A DNA stretch of 64,000 nucleotides from Octopus vulgaris. Lineage: Eukaryota. Numbering within the stretch: the stretch's first letter is position 1; each line of letters begins with the position of its first letter. The notes under the pieces are model-generated. The model did no database searches. It saw only the letters and a program-made list of their open reading frames with translations, and was not told the origin of the DNA. The translations under genes and the position numbers were made by a program. Location: positions 14,570,001 through 14,634,000 of the forward strand of contig OX597821.1 of assembly GCA_951406725.2 (NCBI GenBank), read 5' to 3'. This document shows, in pieces, positions 1-13,070 of this stretch.

Positions 1-21
1 GTGTATGTGTCTATATATATG

Positions 22-53
<32 letters not shown>

Positions 54-152
54 ATGTGTATGTGTGTACATACATGAATACATACATATTCACATACATA
101 CATATATATACATACATATTCACACACACATCTACATACATACATACATATG

Positions 153-201
<49 letters not shown>

Positions 202-240
202 TGAGAGATATACATGCACACACACACACATATATATATA
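1..240. repeat. Compound (TA)n/(CA)n/(TACA)n microsatellite
   Basis: Directly visible dinucleotide/tetranucleotide runs; source of ORFs 1..204, 11..253 and 50..241. Confidence 0.95.
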
Positions 241-1607
241 AATTAGCAAACATTATACATTCACTAATTGTAAAAGATATCTATGTAGTTGGCGACTAGA
301 TGAGAGGGCCGAGAACATCCTCTTAACCCTCCCATCCACGAATCTGTGTAACATCCAGATGACAACCAGAGGGAAAAGGGCTGTACTAGCAATTGGCTGG
401 TCTTCCTTTTCAGCTGCAGATTGGAGCAATGTGCAATGAAGGACCTTGCTCAAGGACACGATATGCCATCCAGTCCAGAAAGGAAAACCATGACCTCATG
501 ACTATAACACATTAACCACTTGGCCACACATGCATGTACAGAACACACTTATGTTATTATTATTACTTATATATTATATGAAAATGTAGATGAGTACACA
601 CATTAACTAATGTCATTTAGTTTCCATTGAAGTTTTTCTTTTATATTGTAAAGCTATTGACACAGTTTACATCCGGTTTCTGTACCTTGGTAATATTTCA
701 GTTACTGTAAGCAATTATAAAACATTATCAGCAGCCATAGAACTCCCATGTTAATGCATTTTTGCTGGCATGAATTTGAATGAAAATTACATTTCCTTCA
801 ATATTTCATAAATCATACATTGTCTGTTCCATAAAACAGAAATGTCAGTGAAAAAATCCTTTAATGACTTGGGATTGACTCTAAAATATCAAAGAAAACT
901 TTATCAAAGTAAATCTAAATTATTCTGTATAGTTTACAAATGTTATTCTACATGTAGAAACAAAAGATATGCCATTAGTAAAGGGGAAAAATAATGATTT
1001 CAAGTTCTTTGGCCAACACACAATCAGCTGCATTATTGTTTTGGTCATCATGTTTCTAAGGATATTCATCAGAAATATAATGAAAATCAAGCTAAGGATG
1101 AGCTGAATTTTTAGATTACTCAACAAACAGCCAAAGGATGGTTACATTGTTATCCTGTCACCAGTGCTGCATTAACACATGCATCAGCTGAGTATTAGGC
1201 ATCACATGATGCATTAGATCATTGCCAGTAGTAACAGCAGCATAGTGAAGTTGATAGGAATTTCTCTGGTGTACAGTACAAAAGTCAACACCTCTTGTTT
1301 TTAAGGTCAGAAGAGGTGTAAGTTACATCTAAATCTTGTCTATTTACCAAAACTGACTGTGATAGTCATCTTCGTCTCTGACCCTCAAATATAAAATTAG
1401 AATTTTTAATTTTATTCCTAGTGTTAATAGAATACTTTTTGTAATGATTAGTGTTTAGTTAGAGATTGTATCTGAAATATATCTTCAAGCTAAGTATGTT
1501 CTGATTCAACATCATAAGTTTCTTCAACAGAAGCATATTAAAAGGAAATATATATAGCTTTAATTCAAGTAATGCCTTCACTTGATTGTTCTTAATTTTC
1601 TTCTCCT

Positions 1608-1728
1608 CCACATGATTCTGGGTTCAGTCCCACTGTGTGGCACCTTGGGAAAATATCTTCTACTATAGCTTTGGGCTGACAAATCCTTGTGAGTGGATTT
1701 ACTAGATGGAAACCAAAAGAAGACCATC

Positions 1729-1779
<51 letters not shown>

Positions 1780-1980
1780 TCCCCCACCACAGCTTGACAA
1801 CTGATGTTTGTGTGTTTACATCCTCATAACGTAGCAGTTTGGCAACTGAGACCAATAGAATGAGTATCAAGCTTTAGAGTAAAAAAGGTATGTAGTATGC
1901 ATTTGGCTCAAAATTCTTCAAGGTGGTGCCCCAGCATGGCCTTAGTCTAATGACTGAAGCAGGTAAAAGATAAAAGATAA
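1608..1980 (+). mobile_element. SINE family A, diverged copy
   Basis: gggttcagtcccactgtgtggcaccttggg head, internal (TG)n, tail ...gactgaagcaggtaaaagataaaag matching younger copies in the window. Confidence 0.8.
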
Positions 1981-2089
1981 CTGGGATGTGACTTGACTTT
2001 TCAGCCCTGTTAGAGACCAACACTCTTTCACATAGCTGTGGTAATGATGGGCACCTCTTGCAGTAGATGTTCAGAAAGATTACTACCCA

Positions 2090-2300
2090 TTCTATTATAA
2101 AATTTTTCATTGAAAGTTTTGCTTTTTGCAGTTATGGCCTTCCATTGTATTCTACATATATTAGAGATGTTAATAGAGGTGTTGAAAAATGCCTGTTCCT
2201 AAAGCCTTTTAAAGTGAGGAAAAGCCTTACACAAGGCAAATCCCACTCTGTTACTATGGATGCATTTTCCCCAAATGAAGAACTCGTCCATATCAAAGAA
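2090..2300 (+). pseudogene. Possible highly decayed non-LTR reverse transcriptase fragment
   Basis: Translation KPFKVRKSLTQGKSHSV resembles the RT motif xIxRGxxQGDSLS; judged by eye only. Confidence 0.3.
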
Positions 2301-2938
2301 TGTAAATGAATTCACAGGTGTTAAATCAATTTTCCTTCTCCTAGAACAATATCAACACAAAGACTAGGGGGTATCTGACTCCCAGGTGCTGGATGGCAAT
2401 TGACTCTACTTAGTTCATCCACCTTTTGATTACTCTCCTGAGGAGTGTCCAATGAAAACTACCCACCTTACCAAGCAGGCTTAATTGATTTACTGTCTTA
2501 GTCATGAACAAGCCAAGCATGCAACAAGTTGTAGTGGATTATGTGTTACAGAAACACTAAGCATTACCTGACACAAAATACAAACACATACACACACACA
2601 TATACATATATGTATGCTTGCATGTGTGTGTATATATGCACACACACACACACACACATGTATACATACACACATGTCAAATGATTTCTTTGCTTATCTC
2701 TATACATAAAGTAGCTTTTTTCCAAAGAGATTTAGTTCCAATGGTCTGAGTGGTGTCTGTTACTGAAGAGGCAAGAATTACACCAAAATACTGTGCCTTG
2801 TAGTCCACCTATGTCCTCTGGGGCAAGTGTGTTGTTTATACAGGTTGTCTATAAGATGTCTTTCATCAACATAATACTCAGAGTGAAGATTTATTTCATG
2901 ATCAAGTGTGCAGGAGTATGATTTGAATGAATATACAA

Positions 2939-3097
2939 GTATGGCTGTGTAGTTAGGAAATTTTCTTTGCACCCATGCAATTTTGAATTCAGTCCCTCTG
3001 TACATCACATTGGGCAAATGTCTTCAACTATTTCCCCGAGCTGGCCAAAGCCTTGGCAGTGAATATTTGATGGACAGAAACTGAAAGAACATTTCCA

Positions 3098-3137
<40 letters not shown>

Positions 3138-3435
3138 CAAGCATGCATGAGTCTATGTATATACGTTAGTGTGTATTGATGTGTGTTTTTGACACCTTGT
3201 CTCGACATCATATGCTAATTGTAAACAAACATCACTATCATACAAGCAGAGCTCTTTGGAAATTCTTGTGAAAATATGTCCAGACAAGGGGAAAATATTA
3301 CATTGCTTGGAAACCAGTCAGGGTTGGCAACAGGAAGTACATCCAGTCATAGAAACCTGCTTCAGTGTATCTCATTCATTTGAAGCAAACATGCAAAAGT
3401 AGATGTTAAAACAATGATGATAATAACGATGATAT
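2939..3435 (+). mobile_element. Old SINE with family-A-like head and RTE-type 3' tail
   Basis: atggctgtgtagttagg head; ...ggttggcaacaggaagtacatccagtcatagaaac...gatgttaaaacaatgatgat tail like family D. Confidence 0.6.
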
Positions 3436-3743
3436 TAATATAGCTATTTAATAAAATGTGAGTTTGCAACACTTTCGGGGAAAATATATTTAATTGGTCA
3501 ATATCATGTTTGTGATTAGCAGTGCTCATCATCAGTCCTAATCAAACTGTGTCTGCTACTGCAGGACTTTAACTTCCTTTTCTACATTGCCTAGTTCTTA
3601 CATGAAAATGCTTATTGAAACATTCTTTGAAGATACACAAAGTTCCTCATATCTTTTACTACAAGTCCAAGCTGTCCAGAGCCTTGTAAGTAAGAATATG
3701 GCACGCAGAATACCTCTAGAAATAGAATCCCTATAATATAAGG

Positions 3744-3786
<43 letters not shown>

Positions 3787-4008
3787 AATATGTAAATGTA
3801 AGATCGAAGGATCAAAGTATAGGAAGTTAGTAAGTTTTGAGCAGTCTGCAGAAGGTATAAAAAACAACTTTCAGGAACAATAGCAGTTTAATGGCATTGA
3901 AAGGTTGTGAGGTTTTTTTTTCCATATCAAAGGTTTGTTAAACTGAAAAAGAGTTATTTTATAGTTCATGGTTAGCAACTAAAGTTGCTATGTATGCAAA
4001 TAAAAATC

Positions 4009-4248
4009 CAAAATGAGGGAATGGAGCAGGTAAAATCCAGGCTACATATGTTTCCTAGCTAGCAGGCCAAAGATACCTTAGTTAAATGGAAGTTACATTG
4101 TCATAAAGGGATCCCAAGTTAACTAAGGTACTTTTGGCCTGATGAATAGCTAGTGGGGTATCCTCATTGAGTAATTATTACTTCTGAGGTTCTGCTAACT
4201 AGGAAACATATGTAGCCTGGATTTTACTAGCTCCATTCCCTCATTTTG
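4009..4248 (+). mobile_element. Penelope-like pLTR/retrozyme relic: direct copy 4119-4248 plus inverted partial copy 4009-4085
   Basis: 4009-4065 is the reverse complement of 4192-4248 (3 mismatches) and 4063-4085 of 4119-4141; the direct copy contains a hammerhead core. Confidence 0.65.
4136..4217 (+). ncRNA. Minimal type I hammerhead ribozyme motif (partly degenerate)
   Basis: GGC-CUGAUGA(4139-4145)-long stem II-GAAA(4203-4206)-palindromic stem III ACAUAUGU-GUA triplet (4212-4214)-GCC; A.G mismatch at the base of stem II. Confidence 0.65.
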
Positions 4249-4562
4249 TACATATATATGAAACTATCAACATCACTCTTATCAGTTGCATAGTATGGTG
4301 TTCCCAGACCAATTAGGGCAACTATTTTGAAAGTGGGGGCAAACATATGTTGGAAGTATGTTATGTTTAAGGAAGGGAGTGGACAATTTGGTTACTGTAT
4401 AGTCTGGCTAAAATCCATGTTGCACCAATCTTTTTGTTGCATATGTGTATGCAATTTCAAAATTATATACCATATTTTTTATGTGTTAATTAACAATGCA
4501 TGTAGATCTGATGATTCTTATGTTCCCCATCAACATCTCCTGTTTTTAGCATTATGGTGATG

Positions 4563-4902
4563 GTGACCCCCTTCGGTCAGACACTGACCATGGGTTTGCA
4601 CCTAGAGAGTTACCCTCTGAGGCACAAGTCTGGGCAAGGTTGTTTTTTATGGAAGACCAGTAGTCGCACAAGCATACTGGCCTCCCCTCTCCACGTCACC
4701 GATGTTGCCCAAGGGAAAGGCAAGGGCCGATACAGCTTGGCACCTGTGACATCGCAACTCATTTCTACAGCTGAGTGAACTGGAGCAATGTGAAATAAAG
4801 TGTCTTGCTCAAGAACACAACACGCAGCCCGGTCCGGGATTCGAGCTCACAGCCTCACGATCGTAAGCTCGACGCTCTAACCACTGAGCCACACGCCTTC
4901 AC
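4563..4902 (-). mobile_element. SINE family C (tRNA head plus CORE-like body; possibly octopus OR2-type)
   Basis: Minus strand: gaaggcgtgtggctcagtggttagagcg (A box)...gctcgaatccc (B box)...ttgagcaagacactttatttcacattgctccagttcactcagctgtagaaatgag; family name from memory. Confidence 0.8.
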
Positions 4903-6339
4903 ATTATAGCATTATAGCTATCATGTATTTCATGTAGCTGTTGATATAGACTGCAATGAAGCATATAATAACTCTTATTAGGCTGGGGGGGGGGGGGCTA
5001 CTATAAGCCTGATTACTAGAAGGCAATGGAATTTAGAACCCATTGTCATCTTTCTCATCTGTTTTTATCATCAATGTCATTTCAACATTCTTTCTTCTTT
5101 GCTTACATTGCTAAGCCTAGATTGTTTAGAGTTATTTGATACCATAGCAAATACACGTCTTACTGGTATTAGGTAAATTATTTTCAATTTCATCAGCGTT
5201 TTATTTTTATCCATAGCACGTATAATTAGAAACAGAATTTTCTCTTCAATCAGTTCTTTATAATGTCAGCAATTTGCTGAAGGAGCATATTTGAGTGGGA
5301 ATGCATAAGCGGGATTTTAAGCCTCATTCTATGATAGAGAATTCAATAAGAAACAAAACTATTAGTGTATGATAAACAAAAAAAAAAAATATAATATAAT
5401 TTTGATAATTGAAAATTTTGACCCATTCTAATTTAGAATTCTTCATATAAATTGTAAAATGCTAATGAATGTGACAGTATTTTATGAGTTGCAATAAAAT
5501 AATTGATTTTTGGCATTATTTCTTTTATATTTTAAAAATCCTTTAAAATTCTGATTAAATATTTCTAGGATTCTTGTCTTTTACAGAATGGCAGGAAACA
5601 TTCTTTAACAAATAGATAACTGAATCATCTACTCAGTCTCTGATTGTACTTTTGCTTGTCGAGTCTTAAACATTGCACATAATGACATAATGTTATTTAT
5701 GTTTACCTGAACATAACTGAGTACTAGCAGTTCATGAGGGAGTATTCATGAAGGAGTATAGTATGGTAAAATATATCATGCAATCTGTAATTGCATATGC
5801 AGTGATAAACAAACACAGATATCTGCTTGGTCACCCACCCTTTCACAGCAAGTGACCCAGGACATGACAGCCAGAGAGAGAGAGAGGGTGGGGGAAGAGT
5901 GCTGTCTACCACCTAGATGGTAGTCATTTACAACAGAGTTGATAGGAACAACATGGAATGAAGTGCCTTATTCAAGGACACAGTGCACTAGATCCAGGAG
6001 TTAAACTTTATGCTCATGAATTGGATATGCCAACCATGACCCTTCCTATAACTGCAAGCCTGCTATTATAAACAATAACCATTGGTAATATAAATACATA
6101 TATATTTCTACTAAGATTTTAGTAAAACTTCCAGAAAAATCATAAAACATGTTCAGTTAACAAGCAATCAGATTCAATTCTATTTTTGATGACTAAAAGT
6201 AAATCTGGTCTTTCCAGCCAACTGAGAGTTTTTATAATAATTTTAAAATTCAGTATTGTTTCCCTTCATTTTGCTTAGGATAACAATAGAGTTTTGAATT
6301 TCATTATTATTAAAATTAGTTCTATAGATTGCTTTCTCT

Positions 6340-6890
6340 ATAAACGACCTTCAGCAGCATCATTTCTGTTCAAGAAAGAGAAACTTTTGCATTGTGTCTA
6401 TAAATTAGTCAGAACATATTCAGACGTTGCTTACAATTTAAACTCAGTACCATTTTAAAAGAACCAATTGACATCTTATTTCATCTTCTTTGTTGCTTTA
6501 CAATGGAGAACTGCTCTGACATCTGAGACATTTGTGTTGCTGCTACATGCACAAACATTCTAGACCACATCCTCTATGACTGGCATAAAGTCACTCACAG
6601 ACACACTCCAGCCTCTTCCCTTCATTGCTTTTCCTACAACAGGTATAACATTTGTATCTTGTAACTAGTTGGGCTTGTACTACCTCCATTCAGGTACACC
6701 TATTCCATTTAAATCTCCTCCTAACATTACTTTTGTTTCATCCAACCCTATGCCTAAACACTACACTCTGTTATTCCTCCTTAAAACTTTGGCTTGCTGG
6801 AATTCCTGCTCTGCTTATATCTTTCCTACAGATGTTGATTTACAAAGGTTCAAGAGAAATATTAATGGTCTCAATCCTACCACTCTAAGA
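6340..6890 (+). mobile_element. Decayed LINE ORF2 3' end (Jockey/CR1-group)
   Basis: HYTLLFLLKTLACWNSCSAYIFPTDVDLQRFKRNIN resembles the SFFPRTxxLWNxLP...FK C-terminal motif. Confidence 0.55.
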
Positions 6891-7456
6891 GTATCTGCAA
6901 AGGTCATGAGCACTGCTACTTCCAACAGAACCAGCTAAACAAAAAAAAAAAAATCAAAACAAAATGACCCAAGATTTAAAGTGTCAAACAACCGATTAAA
7001 TAAGGTCAGAATGGTACGTCTTCAAAAAAAAAAAAAAATGCAGTCAACTAATTAGTAATATTCTCTTGTTTTGAATACCAACCACTTTGAGGTTCATGAT
7101 TGGTTAAGTGATTTGATTTCCACAGTTGAAATTGATTGGTAGATACTCCATAGCAAGATGTCTTTTGAAGTGAAATATACTTCAAAGAGTATATATTTGT
7201 AGGAAGAGTCAACAGTTTGAATTTGATTTGACCTTTTTACCAAGCAGTAGGTATTTTGCTGGCAGAAATGTTTACTTGATAACTACAAATGTTCTTTAAA
7301 GTGCTTATTTTCCAGATAAAGCAGGAAAATTTGGTAAATGTAGTTACGTATCTGGAACAAAGGTACAGCAGTAAACGTGTGTGTCTGTGTGTTAGCTTAT
7401 GATTTTGTGCAACTATAAAGAGAAAGAGGAGAGAGAGATCTGGAGACAGAAAGTCT

Positions 7457-7500
7457 GTATGTATATAAACATATACATATGTATATATATATATACATAC

Positions 7501-7531
<31 letters not shown>

Positions 7532-7622
7532 CATACATATATATATATACATACATACATATATATATATACATACATACATATATATACATACATACAT
7601 ATATATACATACATACATATAT

Positions 7623-7667
<45 letters not shown>

Positions 7668-7678
7668 CATACATATAT

Positions 7679-7727
<49 letters not shown>

Positions 7728-7733
7728 TATACA
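7457..7733. repeat. (TA)n/(TACA)n microsatellite
   Basis: Directly visible. Confidence 0.95.
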
Positions 7734-9610
7734 TAGGGTGAAAAAGGTACTTTTTACAAAGATTTTCGAAATATGCTTTCAAAAAAATATTTTTTTTTAT
7801 TGCAAAATCCTTTAAAAGCAACTGTGTTAAAATCTGAAGTTCTCAAATTTACACCTTCAGGCTTCGCAGCCCACTTGAAATTTTGAATAAAGAGTGAAAA
7901 ATCAATTTATAACATGTTTGCTGTTCCTAATTTTATTTCTTAAATTCATTATTACGAATCAATTTTCTTTTACGAAATCCTTTAAAAACAAGAGTTCTAA
8001 AATCTCAAGTTCTAAAATTTATATCTTCAGGTTCCACAACGCACTTGAAATTTCGAAATTATGTGAAATAAATAGCCTTTCCGACTTTGCTTTCTTTATT
8101 ATTTTTAATGCTAGGTCACCAAATATATGTGTTGCATGAAGTTTATATTACACACACATTAAAATAAATTAAACAAATTGTCAAGATTGTAGCAGAAAAG
8201 ATCATTCTTCTTTGGTAAAAAGCATCCATCCCTTCTGTTATGACTGAGTCAGTTAAACCGAATTTTTCTTTGCTGACGTAGAAGAGCAACTGTGATCTGG
8301 CCGACTCTTTCTAATCAACCTCTGAACATTCTGTTTAGATACTGCTTGAGCTATTACACCAACGATCATTTTTCAATTTGTTCACTGATCCTGTAAAAAG
8401 TCTTGTTCTCTCTGTGGTACTTTTTTGTTTCTACTACAACTACAGTTTGAAACGACGACCTATTTTTTTTCTATTTTTCATAGATTTTTGTAATGCTTGG
8501 TAATTTAAATAAAAGTTTAAGATTTTCGGTTTAACTGACTCAGTTGTAACACAAGAGGTGGATACCTTTTGCCAAAGAAGAATTATCTTTTCTGCTACAA
8601 TCTTGACAATCTCTTCTTAGTTACATTCTTTTCATTTTCTCCTTCAAATAAAAACACATTTTAATATGTCCTTGTAAGTTGGCAAAACTCGCACACTAAG
8701 ATCACATAGAATACCAGATATTGGGCATTCAATATCATGACGTGTTATTGGCCTATGTGTCATCACTAAATGTAAACAACACTAAATTTAACATACTCTT
8801 TACTCTTACTCTTTTACTTGTCTCAGTCCTTTGACTGTGGCTATGCTGGAGCACCGCCTTTAGTCGAGCAAATCGACCCCGGGACTTATTCTTTGTAAGC
8901 CCAGTACTTATTCTATCGTTCTCTTTTGCCGAACCGCTAAGTGACGGGGACGTAAACACACCAGCATCGGTTGTCAAGCAATGCTAGGGGGACAAACACA
9001 GACAAACAAACACATACACACACATATATACATACATATATACGACAGGCTTCTTTCAGTTTCCGTCTACCAAATCCACTCACAAGACATTGGTCAGCCC
9101 GGGGCTATAGCAGAAGACACTTGCCCAGGATGCCACACAGTGGGACTGAACCCGGAACCATGTGGTTGGTTAGCAAGCTACTTACCACACAGCCATTCCT
9201 GCAATTTTAATACAATAGCCTAAAGGCAAGGTACAAAGCAGAAAACTTCACACACATATGACATACATCTACAAGCAAATACTGTTGCAGAAGCACTGGA
9301 GAGAAGTTCACACTCCAGTTCTCTTTATCGTTCATGTGGAACCTCAAGATATTAATCAATTGTATTGAAACTTGGTGTGCAACCTCTTAAGGATACTATA
9401 TTTACTGTTTTGCATTCTGCTATGTAGAAATATGTATTTGTTATAATCCATGAAATCCAAAGTTTGACTAAAAATAGCAATTTAAAAAATTTTTGATTGT
9501 GTTGGAAAACATATTTAACTGCAAAGTTCTTTATACACCTTTCTTTTAACCTTAATTTGCAACAAAATATCGATTCTTGTTTACAAAGTTGCAGTTTTTA
9601 CACCACCCTA
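7734..9610 (-). mobile_element. Internally deleted hATm-like DNA transposon
   Basis: Termini TAGGGTG...CACCCTA; minus-strand decayed peptide TRHDIECPISG..LPTYKDILK..IVAEKIILLWQK(V/A)S(T/I)..and KVPQREQDFLQDQ*TN*KMIVG, recalled as hATm transposase N-terminal motifs; ~85-bp subterminal direct repeats at 7804-7890 and 7975-8063; interrupted by a SINE A. Confidence 0.65.
8794..9202 (-). mobile_element. SINE family A, full-length young copy (tRNA-like head, internal TA/TG tract, (GTAAAAGA)-type tail)
   Basis: Near-identical to more than 10 other copies in the window; head tggctgtgtggtaag...ggttcagtcc resembles Pol III A/B boxes. Confidence 0.9.
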
Positions 9611-11114
9611 GTATGTATGTATGTATGTATGTATGTATGTATGTATACACAGACACACATGTGTAAGACATAATATCATCACTTGAATGACCACTTTTCC
9701 ATGCTTGCATAGAACTGACAAAACATCGTTAAGGTAGATTTTCTATGATCAGATGTTCTTCCTGTTGTTAACCATCACCTGCTTCTAAGAAAACTAATAT
9801 TTTCCCATTGTTCTTTGAAGAATGGTGGGACATATACTGTTTATAAGAATAAGTACACAAGAATAAGTAGACAAGGTTAAAACACAAGAACACACACTCA
9901 CTTTTGCACACACACACACACACACATATTTGATATATATAAATATATATAATGAATATCTGCATAATTTTTGACAATCAAATTCCATTTACACAGCAAT
10001 TGTCAACCTAAGCTGAAGGCTATGAAAGAAAACCATTGCCCAAAGTATCAGTGAGTTGGACTGAGCACAACATGGTTGTGGAACAATATTCATAACAGTA
10101 TGGCTATTTCTGTCCTATATAAATGTAAATAAATGCTGGTGTATAAATGTCATGGGATTTGAAAAGTTTAAAAAAATGCAAATTCCTTGAAGTTTATTGA
10201 ACTTTTTAAATCAATTTTCTTAAAGCTTTGGGAATATTCCTCAGTAAATGCATTGTGTTTGAATGTAGAATATATAGATTTATATTCCTAATTGTGATGC
10301 AATACAAGGGGGAGCTATTAAATAAAATTTGGTAGTTCAGCATTAAAATATTAACTAAAAAGTTAGTTTATTTTTCTTTAAGATGACTAAATAGTCTGTT
10401 AACCATTATATTTTAACTAAATTAACCATTAATATGTAAATAAATGAAGTAGTTATCTGTAAATAAAAATAGATATTCTATAAAATAACAGTTTGATATT
10501 TTAATAATAAATGACCCCATATTTTGAAAACCAAATGACAACAGTTCTGAAAATAGCAAAAATAAAATTAACTTTACTGAAAAATATTTTTAAAAATAGT
10601 TTTATTGTTTTCAGAAGGTGGAGCCTTACCATTGCTAAAGAAATTTGAAATCAAGAAAGTATAGATAAACAAAATTATTTTCCAAAATGATAATTTGCAT
10701 ATTTATATTTAATATGTTCCAGCAGATTTGAATGTAAATATGCTAATCAGTGTTGTATTTGTTACAGGAGAACAGCTTCTGATTTACAACAGTTATATGT
10801 TCATGACACACTTGATTCATTTGAAGAAGGGATTCAGCAATGCCGGTGCTTGAAAATTATTTTAATTTTCACAAGAAACTCTATCCTGTTGACCAACAAA
10901 CCAAAGTTTGCCTGATTATTGAACTAATGATACTTTACAAACAAAAGAGCCAATATTCTATAAACCAGAAAACAAACACTTAATATTTATAATTCAATCA
11001 ATCATTAAACCAGTATTCTATCAAATATTAACTCTTTTGTGATTACATTTCTGCTGGTATGCTTTAATTTACCTTATAAGATGCAGGAACAGTTAAGTAA
11101 AATAACCGTGCCAT

Positions 11115-11463
11115 TTAGTTAGTTAGTTATTTAGTTAATTTTTTGGCTCAAAAAGCAAAAAGCAAGGCCATGTAGGGGAACATGGAGTTATGTACAGGGT
11201 GGTGTTCATGTAAAGAGTTCAGGCCACTTGAGGTCAAGGGAGACTTTGAACAAAGCGGTCGTCGGCATCTTCACCATCTCGTCTGGCAGCTTGTTCCACG
11301 GATCCGCAACCCGGACGGAGAAAGCCCCTCTCCTTCGATTGAGATGAAATCGTCGCAGATAGAGCTTTTCAGAATGACCCTGCAGCCGACGCTCTGGAGC
11401 AGGAGTGAAGAACAGCTCTTTCGAGAGGTTACACTTTCCGCTTATGATGTTGTGAGCGAGAAT
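11115..11463 (-). mobile_element. 5'-truncated CR1 LINE, 3' end of ORF2 plus 3' UTR and (CTAA)n tail
   Basis: Uninterrupted minus-strand frame 11463-11206: ILAHNIISGKCNLSKELFFTPAPERRLQGHSEKLYLRRFHLNRRRGAFSVRVADPWNKLPDEMVKMPTTALFKVSLDLKWPELFT*, with the CR1-type motif GHxxKL..FSxRV..WNxLP..FK..LD. Confidence 0.9.
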
Positions 11464-11778
11464 GTTGGCTTTTCATTGTAAGGTTGTCGTTTCAGTTCCT
11501 GGAACAGGCAGTACATATTCTCCTTGAGCAAAGGTATTTAATTTCACATTGCTCCAGTTTCCTTAATTGAACATGAGTTATGACCTACTGCTAGCACAAC
11601 CCTCTCTCCCTCCAGCTAGTACATCTTCCATGTTCTTATGGATCATAGAGTTTAAAGGGTCAAGAAGTTATTTGCTCATAATTATATAGCTATCTCAGAC
11701 AATTACACAGTTCATGATACCAGGTCATGCAAGCAAGTGATGGCTATTGGTTTTTGCCGTTGTTTTTTTCCCCTCGCA

Positions 11779-12162
11779 TGGATGCGCAATGGCCCAGTGG
11801 TTAGGGCAGCGGACTCGCAGTCATAGGATCGTGGTTTCGATTCCCAGACCGGGCATTGTGAGTGTTTATTGAGCGAAAACACCTAAAGCTCCACGAGGCT
11901 CCGGCAGGGGATGGTGGTGATCCCTGCTGTACTCTTTCACCACAACTTTCTCTCACTCTTACTTCCTGTTTCTGTTGTACCTGTATTTCAAGGGGCTGGA
12001 CTTGTCACTCTCTGTATCACGCTGAATATCCCCGAGAACTACGTTAAGGGTACACGTGTCTGTGGAGTGCTCAGCCACTTACACGTTAATTTCACGAGCA
12101 GGCTGTTCCGTTGATTCGGATCAACCGGAACCCTCGTCGTCGTAACCGACGGAGTGCTTCCA
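11779..12162 (+). mobile_element. SINE family E (tRNA-derived; possibly octopus OR1-type)
   Basis: tggcccagtggttagggcagcgg (A box), ggtttcgattccc (B box); near-identical to the copies at 20250 and 26304. Confidence 0.9.
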
Positions 12163-12214
12163 CACATTGGCATAAATTAACTGAAATTTTATGATGTTCA
12201 TTCATGTTGTACTC

Positions 12215-12595
12215 TACTTCCCAACCACATGGTTCCAGGTTCAGTCCCATTGCATGACACCTTGGGCAAATATCTTCTACTGTAGCTTCAAGCTGACCAA
12301 AAGTCTTGTGGGTAGATCTGATAGTCAGAAACTGAAAGATGCTCATCATGTGAATATACGTATACGTGTGTGTGTGTCCGTGTCCTCCACCACTGCTTGA
12401 TAGATGGTGCTGGTGAGTTTACATCTCCTTAACTTAGTGGTGCAGCAAAAGAGACTAAAAGAATAAGTACCAGATTTGGAAAAAATTAACTATGGGTGGG
12501 TGGGGTGGTCAGTTTATTCAACTAAAATTCTTCAAGACAGTGCCCCAGCATGGCCACAGTTTAAGGATTGAAACAAGTAAAAGATAAAAGATAAA
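12215..12595 (+). mobile_element. SINE family A, diverged copy
   Basis: cccaaccacatggttccaggttcagtccca...gaaacaagtaaaagataaaag. Confidence 0.75.
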
Positions 12596-13070
12596 TATAA
12601 ACATAATAAAGATGATTTTGGCACTTAGACAAGGAGGAAATCTAGTTTTTCAGTAGATGATAATTAACATCTCGTTATCTCAAACTCATTTGATCAATAA
12701 AACAACTGTTTCCAATGCAGACACAAGGTCTTGAATTTTGGGAGAGAAATTAGTCAGTTATACTGACCCCAATATTTGACTAGTACTTTATTTTATTGAC
12801 CTCAGGAGAATGATAGGTAGAGATGACTTATATGGAATTTGAACACAGAATGTGAAGAGGAGGAACAAATATCACAAGGAATTTTTCCAAAGTTCTAATG
12901 GTTTATAATATCTTCAAATTTTGACACAAGGCCAGTAAGTTCGAGAGAGGGGCTAAGTTGATTAAATCATCTTGTGTTCAGCTAGTGATCAATCTTGTGA
13001 GTGGATTTGATAGTCAGAAACTGAAAGAAGTCTGTCATGTGTATATACATATATGTGTTATATACATATG

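Noticed and set aside
990-1320. Protein-like plus-strand reading frame
   Set aside because: Several stops, no recognisable family and no clear splice sites
2430-2470. CTGAGGA...GAAA hammerhead-like string
   Set aside because: No credible stem I, II or III
3500-3545. Minus-strand CTGATGA with a short stem
   Set aside because: CAAA instead of GAAA and no stem I
8971-9223. Recurrent MSSNARGT.../MLGGQTQT... ORFs resembling a gene family
   Set aside because: Antisense read-through of SINE A copies
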